From NCBI RefSeq assembly GCF_006345805.1, contig NC_043000.1, positions 162,440,001-162,504,000 of the forward strand: 64,000 bases of DNA, given 5' to 3'. This document shows, one piece after another, positions 40,561 through 54,926 of this stretch; the first letter of the stretch is position 1; the number at the start of each line of letters is the position of its first letter. This stretch comes from Octopus sinensis. Taxonomy: Eukaryota. A program made the translations under genes and the position numbers. The notes under the pieces are model-generated. The model had not been told where the DNA came from. It was given only the letters and a program-made list of their open reading frames with translations, and did not search any database.

Positions 40561-41047
40561 ATGACATACCTATGCATGCACTCACATACGTATGTATGTG
40601 AGAATATGTATACATGCATATAAGCACACACACACATATATAAACAGACATATAAATACGCCTACAAAACACATGCATATATATATACATGCATGCCCAC
40701 GCGCATCCGTAAATGTATTCATACACGCATATGCGTGCGCATACATGTATATATACATGCACATGCACATACGTGCGAGCAGGTTCATCCGCATGCGCGC
40801 ATACAGATACTTACGTATACTTATATACACATATACATGATCATTCATATATATTTGTATATATATGCCCGTACACATACATACAGACACACGCATATTA
40901 TAGATTATATATATAATATATATATATATATATATTATATATATTATATATATAAAATATTATTAGAGACAAAACCACTATTTTGCAAAAACAAACAAGG
41001 AAAGACTTAATCAATACATAAAATGTTAAAAATAGTCAAAAAAACGC

Positions 41048-41090
41048 CCACTACAATCGTTTCTTGTCTTGATCGACAATCTTCAGGTGG
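41048..41090 (-). ncRNA. Type I hammerhead ribozyme (inverted copy)
   Basis: Reverse complement of 41142-41184. Confidence 0.8.
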
Positions 41091-41141
41091 ACTTCCAATA
41101 AGTCAGTTCAAATTATAATTTGAAACTGACTTATTGGAAGT

Positions 41142-41184
41142 CCACCTGAAGATTGTCGATCAAGACAAGAAACGATTGTAGTGG
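41142..41184 (+). ncRNA. Type I hammerhead ribozyme, minimal PLE type
   Basis: CCAC-CTGAAGA-TTGTC-GATCAA-GACAA-GAAAC-GATT-GTA-GTGG. Intact core with a GUA cleavage triplet. Confidence 0.85.
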
Positions 41185-41357
41185 CGGTTTTTTTGACTAT
41201 TTATTAACATTTTATGTATTGATTAAGTCTTTCCTTGTTTGTTTTGCAAAATAGTGGTTTTGTCTCTAATAATATTTTATAATATTTTACTATAAAATTG
41301 GATTTAATCCTAATTGATTTTTTCCCTGTAAATTTGGATTTATCCCTAATATTTATT

Positions 41358-41415
<58 letters not shown>

Positions 41416-41924
41416 GTATATGTATAAATATATATCAATAGATAAATAGATACATACATACATACATGCATAAATACATACATATATACATATACCCACA
41501 TACAAATATGTACATACATAAAATGCCTGTACACTCATTTACACGCACACACATGTATCCGCTTGTATGTTCATATATGTAGTATTAAATGAATTTGATC
41601 CTTTAAGTAAGATGGGAAATGAATTAATCATTAAAAATTAAAATGGAAATAAGTAGATTTGCTGTGGATATACACTGTGTATTTATTTAGGCTGCATTTA
41701 GATTTGTGGTAAAATTTGAAGGTATTAAAAAAGCGGTCTTTGCGTGTACTTAGGCATTCTAGATATTAAAACACAACTCCTCAACACTACTAAACAAATA
41801 TAATGGGGTCCTCCTAAAGGTGCAACTTACAGGCTAAGCATTGACTGAATCTATTATGGACCATGATAAAGTTTAGAGGATATTTCTGTTTTTGAGGTGA
41901 TATATGTGACTGGCGATTGTTGTG

Positions 41925-42024
41925 NNNNNNNNNNNNNNNNNNNNNNNNNNNNNNNNNNNNNNNNNNNNNNNNNNNNNNNNNNNNNNNNNNNNNNNNNNNN
42001 NNNNNNNNNNNNNNNNNNNNNNNN
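41925..42024. other. Assembly gap (100 N)
   Basis: Run of N. Confidence 1.
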
Positions 42025-42123
42025 AACTGCTTTTGCCAATTTGTAAGAATTATTATTTTGTTGTTGCTTTTGCTATTTTTGTCATTTATAGCAACAGTAG
42101 TAGTAGTAGTAGTAGTATAGTAT

Positions 42124-42160
<37 letters not shown>

Positions 42161-42319
42161 TAGTAGTGGCGGCAGCAGCGACGGGGGCTGTGTGTGGTGG
42201 TAATTTTTTGTAGTTTTTGAAAGTAATTATTTCATTGTTGCTGTCAGGGTCATTATATGTGTTATTGTTCTTATTGCTGTCAACGTCAACGTTTTCTTCT
42301 TCTTACTTTATTATTATTA

Positions 42320-42393
<74 letters not shown>

Positions 42394-42933
42394 GTTATTA
42401 TTATTTCTTTTTGTTGTTGTCATTTATTGTTCTTCGTATTTCCATTGTTGTTATTGCTGTCAGCGCGGTTGATGTTGATGGTGTGTATTTAGTCTCCAGT
42501 ATCCAAGCGTTGTGACTTGTCATCGCCTTGTAAATAACTAGTTAAGAGCTGGGAAACAAGCTGTCAAAACGAAGAACCCGGAATTTTATTACGACTGCTA
42601 TTACGACCATGGGATTCTGAATCAATTAGTTCCCGTAAAGAAGGGATCGTGTTCCCTTCAGATGTAAAAACAAATAAGTACATAAATCATGGAGACTAAT
42701 TACTCCGAGACGCCATCCATACGAAAAACAAACCATTAAGTTAGTATTGGTACACATAATGCTGGTAGCATATAGAAACCATATTTGAAATATCAACGAT
42801 TTGTAAGGATCAAGTACTTCGTTATGCAACCATGATATACCGTAAAAGTATATTAAACGTTTTCTTTTAAGTCAATACCGTGTTCTACTGTGTTAGCAGT
42901 GCGCTTTTCATCACTTGCTAAGGTTATCTCTAG

Positions 42934-43246
42934 AGATATTCTATAGAAATTTGTAGCCAGCACTGATTTTTGTGACGACGTTTCGTATCCGAGACGTCAG
43001 ATGTAAAACAATGAAAGCGAAGATGAAAAAACGGCAATGGGCCTATATGTCATATTTCGGGATTTTTTGTTTCTTTATAATTACCCATCCAACCCCTTAA
43101 TCATCCACGAATGCTCACGATATATGGCATATACGCCTATTACCATTTTTTTCATCTTCGATCTCATTGGTTGTTTACATCAGACGTCACAGATACGAAA
43201 TGTCGTCCCAAAAATCAGTGCTGGCTATAATTTCTATAGAATATCT
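42934..43246. mobile_element. MITE-like element with ~125-bp imperfect terminal inverted repeats
   Basis: AGATATTCTATAGAAATTTGTAGCCAGCACTGATTTTTG... pairs with ...CAAAAATCAGTGCTGGCTATAATTTCTATAGAATATCT. No clear TSD. Confidence 0.75.
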
Positions 43247-43289
43247 GTTTAGACAACGTTAAGTCACATTTGAAATATATATTAACCTC

Positions 43290-43460
43290 TGTTACAGAAT
43301 CTTTAGCACGCCGGCTACAATGCTTAGCGGCATTTAGTCCGACTTCAGGTTCTAAGTTCAAATTTCCCCGAGATCGACCTCGCCTTGAATCCTTTCGGGT
43401 CGATGAAATAAGTACCAGTTTCGTACTGGGAGCAATTAATCGACTAGCCCCCTCCCCTAC
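43290..43460 (+). mobile_element. Diverged SINE family A copy
   Basis: CAGAATCTTTAGCACGCCGG...ATCCTTTCGGGTCGATGAAATAAGTACCAG. Confidence 0.7.
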
Positions 43461-44416
43461 AATTTCTACGATAAAACAAGTTTATTTTTTTATCCTTTCG
43501 GGTCTACAAATAAAGTGCCAGTACTAAGGTAGATTCTTATGGACTGAAATTAGTATGGAGTTGTCTCACGTACTCACTGACATGATTAAAAGAATATTAG
43601 TCATGGAAATAATGTCCTTTCCTCACCGCATAAGCATTTTTTATTTGATTTTTATTGCGTAGAATACAATTACGCAACCCTTCAATAATACTGAAACGGT
43701 TGAAAGAGATTTCTTGATTCGGATTTATTTATAAATGCAGATGTAACGTGACTATTCTATTTATTAATTATTGGAAATTTATTACAATGGATTAATTGCT
43801 GAAATTATAAAAAACAAAAAAAAAAAACAATAGATTAAAAAAAATTCGTATCATAAGCAGTAGGTATAGCTGTTTATGTAAATGCACTTGTCAATGAAAA
43901 TGAACTTCCGTATTCAGTGAGTGCTGTGAAATTTGAAGCTACTTTTCGGCGTATATTTTATATATAATTTACGGAATAACACCTGGGTTTCGACTCACCT
44001 AACCATACCCGAAAGCTTTGGTATGATTGTTAAGTAGCCCTCTGTTGTTATTGTTAAGTAGCCCTATATCTGCTCTGATGGATTAGACCTATAATCAAAG
44101 CTTTCCCACCCATGACCACCGCGAAATTCTCTCAGGTATAGCATATCTAGGATTACAGGAATACGTTATTTAGTTATAAGATGTTAATCAAGAGAGATTT
44201 GGCTGTTGTTTCTAATATATAATGTGACCGCGTAGAGTAGCTCGATAATAGCTCCTGTTGCTTTATTTGATGCAATTCACGTTGGTTATATTTTCGTTGA
44301 CGTCCTTCTTATCGTTGCAGTCGAAGTTTTATTGTTTTTGTTGTTGATGCTGTTACTGCTGCTGTTTAGACGCAGATCTACTCTGACTGAGATCTATTGT
44401 CGAAGTTGTTCTAGAC

Positions 44417-44733
44417 CAAGGGTTCTCAACCAATTTTTACCTATGGACCCCTTTGATTACTATTCTATTCTGGTGGACCCCCTTAGCCAAATTGACGTTT
44501 AAAAAATAGTTTTACAGAAACTTCTTTGAAAATTTCTATTTTGCTTTTTCATCCATTAATTTGTGTAGATTCAACTGTGTAAAATACTAAAGAAAGAAAC
44601 CTAGCTGTTTCTTGCAATACATACCAGTTGATATATCCGAAGCAAATTTTTCTCAGGGTCTCTCAAAATATTATTGTGGATCCCCAATTTACTATTTTGC
44701 TGTGTGGACCCCACAAAATCTTGAGAACCACTG
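44417..44733. mobile_element. hAT (Charlie-like) MITE
   Basis: TIRs CAAGGGTTCTCAA / TTGAGAACCACTG, 8-bp TSD TTCTAGAC/TTCTAGAG, subterminal TGGACCCC repeats. Confidence 0.85.
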
Positions 44734-46121
44734 TTCTAGAGAATCCCATCTCTTTTCTTTCGTTTTTCATATATAATCTTCAACCATATAATAGAATACG
44801 TTCTTCTTTTTACGATAATAGATACGATTTGAGGGAGATTTGGCAGCTAATTCGATAAAGTTTCCGGTGTTGGTTTGTATAGCTATAGCAAATGTCGTTC
44901 TTTTTAAGGAATCTTGTGACGGATACCCATCCAAAATAGAAGGCCAACTAAAATGATAAAACCACGCTCAGAGATTTGTATCCAGGTTAGCGATGTTCTC
45001 TGTTCTGTACACAGGCAAGTTATATCACTGTCTATGGTCTAATCCATCTACTTGTATCGAGTTGGCAGGATTAGTAAAGCTCTACAGTTGACCAATGTTG
45101 GAAGTTTGGATTATTTTATAATTGACAGATGTATCATTAAAAAGCCAGAGGGTGATCCTTTCATTCAGCCACAATTAGTCCAAATGACAGTTGTGCTTGT
45201 AGAAGATTAGATAAGCTCTGTTGACCTGAGGAGTAAAAGCTTTAACATTTCAGATCGTTACGTTTCGTAGAAGAGACAGAAAATATTGCCACTTTCCACA
45301 CAGTAGTAACAACATCGAATAGATAGCCTTGTGTTTTCCTTCTGCTTCACTATGCTCTAAGATAAATCAAGTTTTTTATTATCCCTTCGGGTCTATAAGT
45401 ACTGAAGTAGATTATTATGGCTATCGTCAAACCTAGTGAGGGATGTGCTCCGCTAAGTATAAATGCGTATTACACGATGTATAATAACATGGCAGTGTTC
45501 CTAGGTCTCCTTCGGGAGCCAGGCAAGATATTTGCTTTCTGTACAGTTCCCCATTAGGCTTAAAGCTGTCAAACGAGAAGGCATGCTGCACATTCTTTAC
45601 AATAGAAGTCTGTAACTTACCTCATGCGAAAATCTCATAAAAGCGAAGAAACCAACGGATATCTTTAAAAGAAATAACAAAATTTCAAAATATTTCCTAG
45701 AAACAAGTTTATATTATTGGATCTTTGTCACAAATTGTGTTTCTAGAGTTTTTCTTTCTTCCCTAAAGATGAAAAGATTACTTATTAGAGAAGAAGTAAA
45801 CAGCAGCGAGAAATATTATCTGAATGCAATAATATCGTTAAATAGCAGCGAGTATATAAAGAAAATACCAATACTTATTGATTTGTTAGTTACTGCAGCA
45901 TTCTAAGTATTAAAGCTAGATTTTTATTTTGTTTTGGTAAAACAATTTCATTTTCATTGGGGAAAAATAACTTAGATTTGGTGATAAAAAGAAGTTTCAA
46001 AACCTCCCACGTGCATATCAATACATACACACAAAATGCACAAATTCACACATACTCACACACGGATATATTTTTGCACATACATCTGTCTGTCTGTCTC
46101 TTTCTCTTTCTCTATGTATGC

Positions 46122-46156
<35 letters not shown>

Positions 46157-47176
46157 ATTATATATATATATATTATATATATATATGTGTATAAATTCAA
46201 GACCCTGAAGTTATGTATCTTTCACTTACTCCTTAACTTTGTTATATATGTACAGGTACATAAATGTATACATACACGCCACATACACAAACACATATAC
46301 TCTCACTCTCTCTCGTTCTCTCTCTCTCTCTCTCTCTCTCATGCACACACACACGTACACACACACGCACACATACACATATAGTAAAAATTATAACAAA
46401 TTTGTTTTAAATTCTCACCGAAATACATTAGATATTGTTTTGAAAACAAATATATATTATGGACATTGCCTTTATGACCACACACACACTCACTCACACG
46501 CACACACACACACACACACATACAACAACAACAACAAATATTCATAACAGAATGCAATAGCGTATCTCATGCTAAATGTTTCTACAGTTTGGGAAGCAAG
46601 TCGGCATTGTTATGTGTATTCTAATGAGAGCTCGGATCGATTTGTAACAGAAATAATAATAAGCAGGCCTAGAAAATAGTAAACTGAAAAATGGATAACA
46701 AACAATAAAATTATATATCTTATTGTTCGTTTAGTTTATATTATTTATTTCGTGAATAGTTTTATGCTGTAATTCATCACCAGACAGACTTGTACTTCTG
46801 ATAAATTGAAAGACATGGCGATTACTTTTAGGGTCAGTGAAATTGAAGCAGTATCACCCGAGTATTCAACTTTTCCAGTCTTTAAAGTTCATTGCTGCTT
46901 CTTTATGAATTGTGTATTATGTCACTGTATTATGTTTGTACATACAAACATACATACATACAGATAGATAGACATACAGACAGGTAATAACTATATACGA
47001 GCACGTCTTGATATGCAAGTATACGCATAAAATAAAACATACAAACCTGTACGTATACATACATACAAACAAAAACGATCTGTCCTCGTTGTTGAGATTC
47101 CAATGAAGCAGCCTTGTATCTAGTTTAGAAATCAACACTTTTTTCTACTGGCAAAAAATTCTTGAAGTAAACTACA

Positions 47177-47219
<43 letters not shown>

Positions 47220-47599
47220 TGTCTATATTTATGTATGTATATATGTATGTACGTACGTGTGTACGTGCATGTGTGTGTGTATGAGTATATTCATATGTAT
47301 ATACACTAATATCTACCAGTAAGAATAGCTGCACATTGGCGGCCAATATTCACTCTTTATGTGTTAACAAGGCAACCAATGGTTCTAGGTGAATCAACTG
47401 GTCAATGTTGGAACTAGTATCCATATGATCCATGGCAATGTTGGAACTCGTATCCATATGATACGCTTGTACAATTGGGACGATTTCTTCACATGAATCA
47501 TTATTTACCTTGTGTTTAAATGTTTGTTGTTGTTTCATCCTTTAGAAAGAACTGTTGTTTGTTCCTTGGAGTATAGGGTCCCCACCAGGACGGGATGAC

Positions 47600-47782
47600 A
47601 GGAAAGAGTGAGAGAAAGTTGTGGCGAAAAAGACAGCAGAATTTCGCCATTACCTTCTGCCGGAGCCGCGTGGAGCTTAGGTGTTTCACTCATAAACACA
47701 CACATCGCCCGGCCTGAGATTCGAACCCGCGAACCTTCGACCGCGATTCCGCTGCTCTAACCACTAGGCCATGCGCCTCCAC
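47600..47782 (-). mobile_element. SINE family B, 5' half
   Basis: Minus GTGGAGGCGCATGGCCTAGTGGTTAGAGCAGCGG...GGGTTCGAATCTCAGGCCGGG. Confidence 0.8.
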
Positions 47783-48844
47783 GTGTATAAATAAAGTATA
47801 TAATGTATATGTGTGTGTGTCTGGCTGTGTGTGTGTGTACGTATAAACACGCGCACTCACGCATACACACACATACATGAATTTAATAGCATCAAACGAT
47901 CCAATCTTAAGCGATTCTAAATAAAACGACATGACAGGTCTCGATTGTTAGGATAGTATTGAGAATCTAAAACTTTATTCCATCCCACACTGCCGTGAGC
48001 GCCATACCATTTGTATGACATGGAAAATACTCCATCAGCATTGCTCAACTGATGTTGGTATCAACTTTAAACTTCACTCTAGGCTTGGTCCCCGTGCCAC
48101 CCGTCCTCTACAAACATAATGCTCGTATCACTATTTCACCTCAATTGGCTCCGCTCTCATTAACAACATGCCAAAACAACAATATCCGGCCTGTTAAGCT
48201 TGCACTTGACAGATTTTAAGTTTGCACTTGACACAGTATTCCTTGTGTTGATGTTTGTATGTGTTCAATAACAAAGGAATTCTCTATGTTTATTTCAGGA
48301 CAATCATTTTTTCTAATGGCATTGTATATTATTTCCGTCCTATACGGTCGCATAGGTGGTACTATCTTCATGACATATTTGGGCAGCTGTTAATCATCTG
48401 TGCAACGTATTACACAGAAAGATGGCAATCTACATTTTCGGTTGTCTTAGAGTTCCAAGGGCGTCACCGTCTCTTTTGTCTAGTGTATGTGTGCTTCTGC
48501 GTATTCGTTCGTGCTTGAAACTGAAGGTTATTTATGTCGCTACTTAAAGTTTTTTATACGATGCAATGCCCTAAGTTAGAACAAAGCGAATGGTACATTG
48601 GGTAGTACAGGATGTTACTAAAATGTCATACATTATGTTATGTAGTTTGTTAGTTCTGTAACATGGTGAAGATTGCGTATAGCTACCGGCGAATAATTGT
48701 TATTGTTCCTAAGAAGGATTATCCAATATTTGAATTTCACTATGAGAACTTATAAGAATGTTTTTTTGGGGGTTTTTTTTTTACGACAGTAGATTACTCT
48801 GGGGTTTTATATTTAAATTTTAATGATCATTATTTTACGAATAT

Positions 48845-49063
48845 AATCCTTTCTACCATAGGCACAAGGTCTGAAGTTTTGGGGAAAGGACCAGCCGATT
48901 AGATCGAACTCAGTACGCAATTGGTACATAATTTATCGACCCCGAAAAGATGAAAGACAAAGTAGACATCGGCAAAATTTGAACCCAGAACGTAGCGACG
49001 GGCGAAATATTGCTAAGCATTTTCCCCGGTGTACTAACTAACGATTCTGCCAGTTCGCCACCT
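48845..49063 (-). mobile_element. SINE family A copy
   Basis: ATCGACCCCGAAAAGATGAAAGACAAAG...ACGATTCTGCCAGTTCGCCACC. Confidence 0.8.
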
Positions 49064-49757
49064 TGATTTTTACGAATATAATGCCGATTCTTCTGCATTT
49101 GATGTATATATACATGAACTGAACAGCAGTGTTAAATTAGTCATATCTCCCTGCAGTGTATATTGAGCTTTAATATGCTATCACTGAGTCCGGTGTAGAT
49201 CATATAAATACCATATACTAGTATTACTCGTGCTTTGTACAGAAACATCTACGGAAACCATTTTCCATTATGTAGGCATATCGATGTGTTTCTATAGTTA
49301 AATCGAGCTACAGAACATTTTATCTTAGAAAGTAGCCATCGTAGAGAGTAAGTTCAAAACTCTTTGAAAAGCAGCCTGTGTTTTCTTTAGTAACTGAAGC
49401 TGGTTTAGATTCATTCTTAGCCATTGATTTTATGTATCTTCTCTACAAATATAATCCTGAAAAACATTTTTTTTATTTGTACGTGTGCAGCATCATCGCC
49501 CGTAGCAATGAGGCAGGTTGGTTCTTGAATCAGAAATATTTATGACCCATTTCTCGTACAACAGCGACTTGATAGCTCTAAAGTAGGTACATGAAACAGT
49601 TAAAAGAAGAATATAAAACCGAGAAATCCTCAACGTCAGGAATTGTGGACAGGCAAATTCTGTATGGATACCTGTCTACTCTCTTTCTGATTGAGCCAAA
49701 CTTTCCTCCACACTTCCGCCTTCTGCTGATGGAAGCACACACACACACACAGACACG

Positions 49758-49844
<87 letters not shown>

Positions 49845-49855
49845 TATATATATAT

Positions 49856-50282
49856 CTGTTAAGAACAAACTTACTTAGAAATGGATGCGTGCGTTCTGTC
49901 GTGTAATAACAAATTAATAAATAAAGCATATGCATATATTACATACATATATGTACGTACCTACCTCTACATGTATATATACATGCATATATGGGTACAG
50001 GACACCAAAAAAACGTCGAACACAATGAGGAACGAAAACATAAACACAAAACCAGGGAACTGGACATTTTTCTTAAAGAACGAAGTCCTGTACTCTATTT
50101 TTTCGTTGTTTAAGAAAAATGTCCAGTTCCCTGGTTTTGTGTTTATGTTTTCGTTCCTCATTGTGTTCGACGTTTTTTTTTTGGTCTCCTGTACCCATTA
50201 ATGCTTGTATATATACATGTAGAGGTAGGTACGTACATATATGTATGTATTTATACATATGTTTTATTTATTAATTTGTTAT
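49856..50282 (-). mobile_element. Foldback element in (TA)n: ~172-bp inverted arms, short loop, 50-bp unpaired tail
   Basis: 49906-50077 pairs with 50109-50282. Tail 49856-49905. (TA)n on both flanks. Strand inferred from the tail side. Confidence 0.8.
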
Positions 50283-50911
50283 ATATATATATGTATAAGT
50301 CGTTGTTTTTGTGGAGAGTCTGAAGGCGCCGTAGATTCATATGGTAAACGCAAATTTTGGCGTGACTCTCAAATGAAGTAAACTTCTGGCTTCCAGAGGA
50401 AAAGTTTATATATAAAATAGAAACTAACTTAAAAAATACGGCAGAAATATAAGTTGTATAGTCGAAGACACATATTCGGTTTCCCAAGCAATAAACTTAC
50501 GTAATATCATGTTTACGATTCGTGGATAATCGATGCAAATACAATTCTTCTGTCTGACAATGTGTTGTAAGACGAATGTGCTCACAGATAAAGTAATAAA
50601 ATTTATGGCAGCAACAAGGTTTCATTCACATAGTTAATGTATTTTATTTTATGCTTTACTTATAGACTTGTTTCTTAATAACTTCATCCGCTTACTTGGT
50701 ATTGTTATTAGTTTACCTATATATTAGTCTCACGTAGTACACAAACACATACTCACATATATTTATATATATATACATACACATATACACATTCATGTAT
50801 GTATCTATGTCTATATATATATATATATATTTATATACATACATACATACATACATACATACATACATACATACATACATACATACATACATACATACAT
50901 ACATACATACA

Positions 50912-50945
<34 letters not shown>

Positions 50946-51029
50946 CACCACCTCTATCCGGCCTTCGCGGTGATTGATCGCTAGCCACTAAACCGTTTTT
51001 ATTTTCCCTCTCTGCTTATTTCTGTGTTC

Positions 51030-51065
51030 CTTTCTGTTGAACAGCGTAGGCTCGAAACGTAAAAG
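51030..51065 (+). ncRNA. Hammerhead-like motif (A6U, weak helix II)
   Basis: CTTT-CTGTTGA-ACAGC-GTAG-GCTC-GAAACGTA-AAAG. Confidence 0.45.
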
Positions 51066-51989
51066 ACTTTTTCACCTAGTTGATATTTTTTCCTTCTCTA
51101 TTTTTTGTTTGAAGCCACTTCTTGATAATAGTTATGCAGCAGTTCCACCACAAGCCCACTAAACGGTCACTAAAAGTGTAAGAAAGAGGCCAACGCGTAT
51201 GAAGCGGAGGTAGTACCGAAAGATCCTGGCAGGACGACGCAAGTACAAAGAAATGTGCGTGCAATGGGAGACCTCGTCAAGTTCAGATAATCGCAAATCT
51301 TCTTTTGAAATTCACCTGAGACGTAATGTCACAACGTTGGTGAGACGTGAGAATAAACACTTTACTGATGATTAACGTAAAAGTGCAGTTCTTACCTCAA
51401 TGGCAGTAAGAGCTGCATAGTTTGTTTCGCGGAGAAATGAATTATATTGAAGATGTCCTTCTTCCCAGTGACCTACTTTCTTCACCTCATTTCATTATCA
51501 CATGTACCAAAAAAGACATGCAATACAATTCACTAAAAAGACCAGTTCAGCAAACAGAACTCTAATAGGCTTAAAGGCCAGCTTCGTTTTTTTATACCTG
51601 TTTTCGTTCGTTTACTTTTAATGTATCTATCACTCATAAACTGGATTTAGTGTTTTCCAACTTCCACTCAAGCTGTAATCTTCCGTTCAGCTATTCATGA
51701 AACATAATTTACCTTTCTATACTTGGGAGATTCATTAATACGGCACTGTTCGATACTATGAACCGGCTGGCAAATATGTAAAAGTGTAAAAATAATATAC
51801 CAACTTTATTACTAATATACGATTGCCTGTTTTCTTTCAGACTTATATTGGATAACAATGTTTGTGTGTATATATATGTATATGTAGTTTTTATGTATGT
51901 ACATACGTACATACATAAACACACACGCACGCATAGACATGCACGTACGATCACACAAACATACAAACATGTTTGTAGATACATATTAA

Positions 51990-52041
<52 letters not shown>

Positions 52042-52542
52042 GCACACAGACCACCGGCACATATTCCTATCATGAAGTAATGGATATTTTAATCTGAAAC
52101 CTGTTGCTGAAATCGATGCAATTATTACCATGTGCCCTTCAGCGATTTGCAGTCATGCTTCGTACATGTACGAAAATATCTGCTTCTCTATCTATCTCTT
52201 ACCAATTAACAATCTATATATAATAGGAACGCTATGGTGAAAGTGGATGTGAAGTCATGTAAATACAGAAGAAAATGATTTCTTCTCCAGGCAAGAGATT
52301 TAGATTTATTTGTTTGCTGATGCGAATTGGAAATGATAAAGTATTTTTCAGTATTTAGTTCAAGTTAGAAGCCTGAATCGATAATTTATGCTCTTCCGGA
52401 AGCACTAAGTATTTAGATTTATTTCATGACGTTTAATTACAGAAATACGACAAACATTAACTAGAAAACCTGAACCAAATTATATATTTAATTCTTGAGT
52501 TTTATTATGTTCAATACATGTAAAGAGTTAGATGTAAAGAGT

Positions 52543-52614
<72 letters not shown>

Positions 52615-52623
52615 CAGATAGAC

Positions 52624-52662
<39 letters not shown>

Positions 52663-52700
52663 CATGGATAGATAGATAGATAGATAGATAGATAGACATG

Positions 52701-52750
<50 letters not shown>

Positions 52751-52760
52751 CAGACAGATA
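52543..52760. repeat. (GATA)n microsatellite
   Basis: Direct reading. Confidence 0.95.
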
Positions 52761-54926
52761 TGTAGCCAGCTCTATCGTTTTACATTATCTAGTTACACTC
52801 ATATTTTACATTTTACGTTCTAATTTTGACAGCATGATTGACTTTGCATGCTTATTTTGACGGCGTGATTAGCTTTAATTGATAATGTAAAATATTAGTC
52901 GAGCACAACAACTCCATAGCTGACAGTCGCTGATGAGTATAAGCTAGTTGCATGTACCGCGTTTTTGCTATTTGTGTTAGTTACCTTATTTAATCGCGAA
53001 GCAACATTATCACCGTCTTGGCTTTCCACCCTTGACCCAGCGGAACATCAAGGATGTCATATTTGGCACAAACTCGAGAAACTTAAGTGAGGAACCGCAC
53101 TGGACGGCACAAAGTGCCATCTTGTCCAGATATCGATCTCAGTGCTTGTGATCGTGTAGCTCAACACGCATCTTCAAAATAAGGTGCTGAGGTCAATGTT
53201 ATCAGCTTTGTGTTCCTCTGCAAAGTGTGTAGACGTGTATGCCTGTATTATAAATTAATATCTTGGATAGTTAAATGGCATTAGGTAACAGAATAGGAAT
53301 AGCACTGGATTAAAATGTCTTCCGGTTGAAGTAATATACATAGTTTTATGTTCTGAGTTCAGATCTTGGTAGAAGTGCGTTTGTTATCTTAACCTTCCTG
53401 ATTAACACGAAGTACCGGTCTAGAACTGAGATAAGTATAATTTATTGATCGTATCCCCATAATTTACGGTCTTAAATATATACATATATACTGGATACTT
53501 AAGCAGTAGAAAAGATTAGAAACGTTATGCATTCTTCGCTGGATTCGATCGTGAGTATTCGTTTATTAGATAAACTGAACCACCTACTGGTTGAATTAAC
53601 ATGTATATGGCTGAGAATACCAGAGACGTGTGTTTTTAACGTAATTCTCAGGCAGAATCAACATAGTACAATATGTGTCAAAGCTGAACCTCTGAATTGC
53701 ATACAAAGTTCTTCCGACAGATTACCGCACTGTTTTCGTCTACTCAGTTTTATTCACAAAGTTTGGATCGACACAAAGTTATGACAAAAGACACTCGGCG
53801 CGGGGTCGAACACGAAGCCTCATGAATGTAAAGCTTATTTCTTAAAAACTCAATTGAAAACGTAAAGAAGCAGGTTATAATGCTCACTGGTACTTTTAGT
53901 TTGTTCCCGATATTTTCTGAGTTCAAATGCCAGGACGGTAGAAACGAAAGCACACGGGATTAAATCTAGTTCAGGGTTTAATTCAGACTCTCTACATCTC
54001 GGTAGATGTTCCACTTTTACTTAACTCTCTGGAGATTCTGCTTTGACTTGCATTCCATTGGAATCGGTAAAGCAGTACCAGATATGTGCTAGAATTGATT
54101 CAGCTGTATAGCTCCGCAGTCTCGAGTAAATATATAAAACTTAATATTTGATGTATATAGAGCGTTACTGCAGCAAACTCAGCAATAGACAATACTAAAG
54201 CAATTTAAAATATTTAGTTTCGTCTTTTAACTTTTTCATATGAAATCTATGCCAATGCAATTCTTTCAATCAAATAATCCAATCCTATATCATATTCAAC
54301 TGAATAGTGAACACCAATTTGAAAATATTTGTTCCTGTGTCCTTATGAAAAGTCAATATTTTCGGAAATCAATCCCATCCATGAGACACATTTTTATGTG
54401 TCATTGGTCTCGATTTCAGATTTGTATTTTACGGGGAATGATTGCAAACCAACGTTATCTGTTGAAACTTCTTATCAATACTCAGCACCTCAGTCAATAC
54501 AAGACATTTCTATTGTTTTTATTCAGCGCAAGTCAGTTATGATCGATGAGATTTATAATCACGAACGTTCCAGTGTCTAACACATCGTCTGTATTTTCCC
54601 AGATGTAGTGAAGACTAACACGTCGTATGCATTAACACATCGTATGCATTTTCTCAGAAGCTGTGGCGCATAGCGTTTGGAAACACGGATACAGTTGAGT
54701 GCACGTGATAAAATACGACTCGCTTTGTTGTAGGCAATCTATCTGGTAGTCTATATATTTAGAAACGCTAGGATTTACAGTTATTCCACATCTCTCATTT
54801 GAAAGTTCTGAGAATTGAATAACTAGAGTATTGCTAAAAAAGTCCAAGAAAATCAGCCGTATAATATCATCAGCATCATTTTACACGCCTGATTATGATG
54901 TTAGTTGGTACTGAAATACTGGCGTG

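Larger units (their letters stand above)
40951..41360 (+). mobile_element. Foldback PLE end: spacer-less ~330-bp palindrome plus ~80-bp tail, in (TA)n
   Basis: Arms 40951-41115 and 41116-41281 are reverse complements with about 4-5 differences. Centre AATTA|TAATT. Confidence 0.85.
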
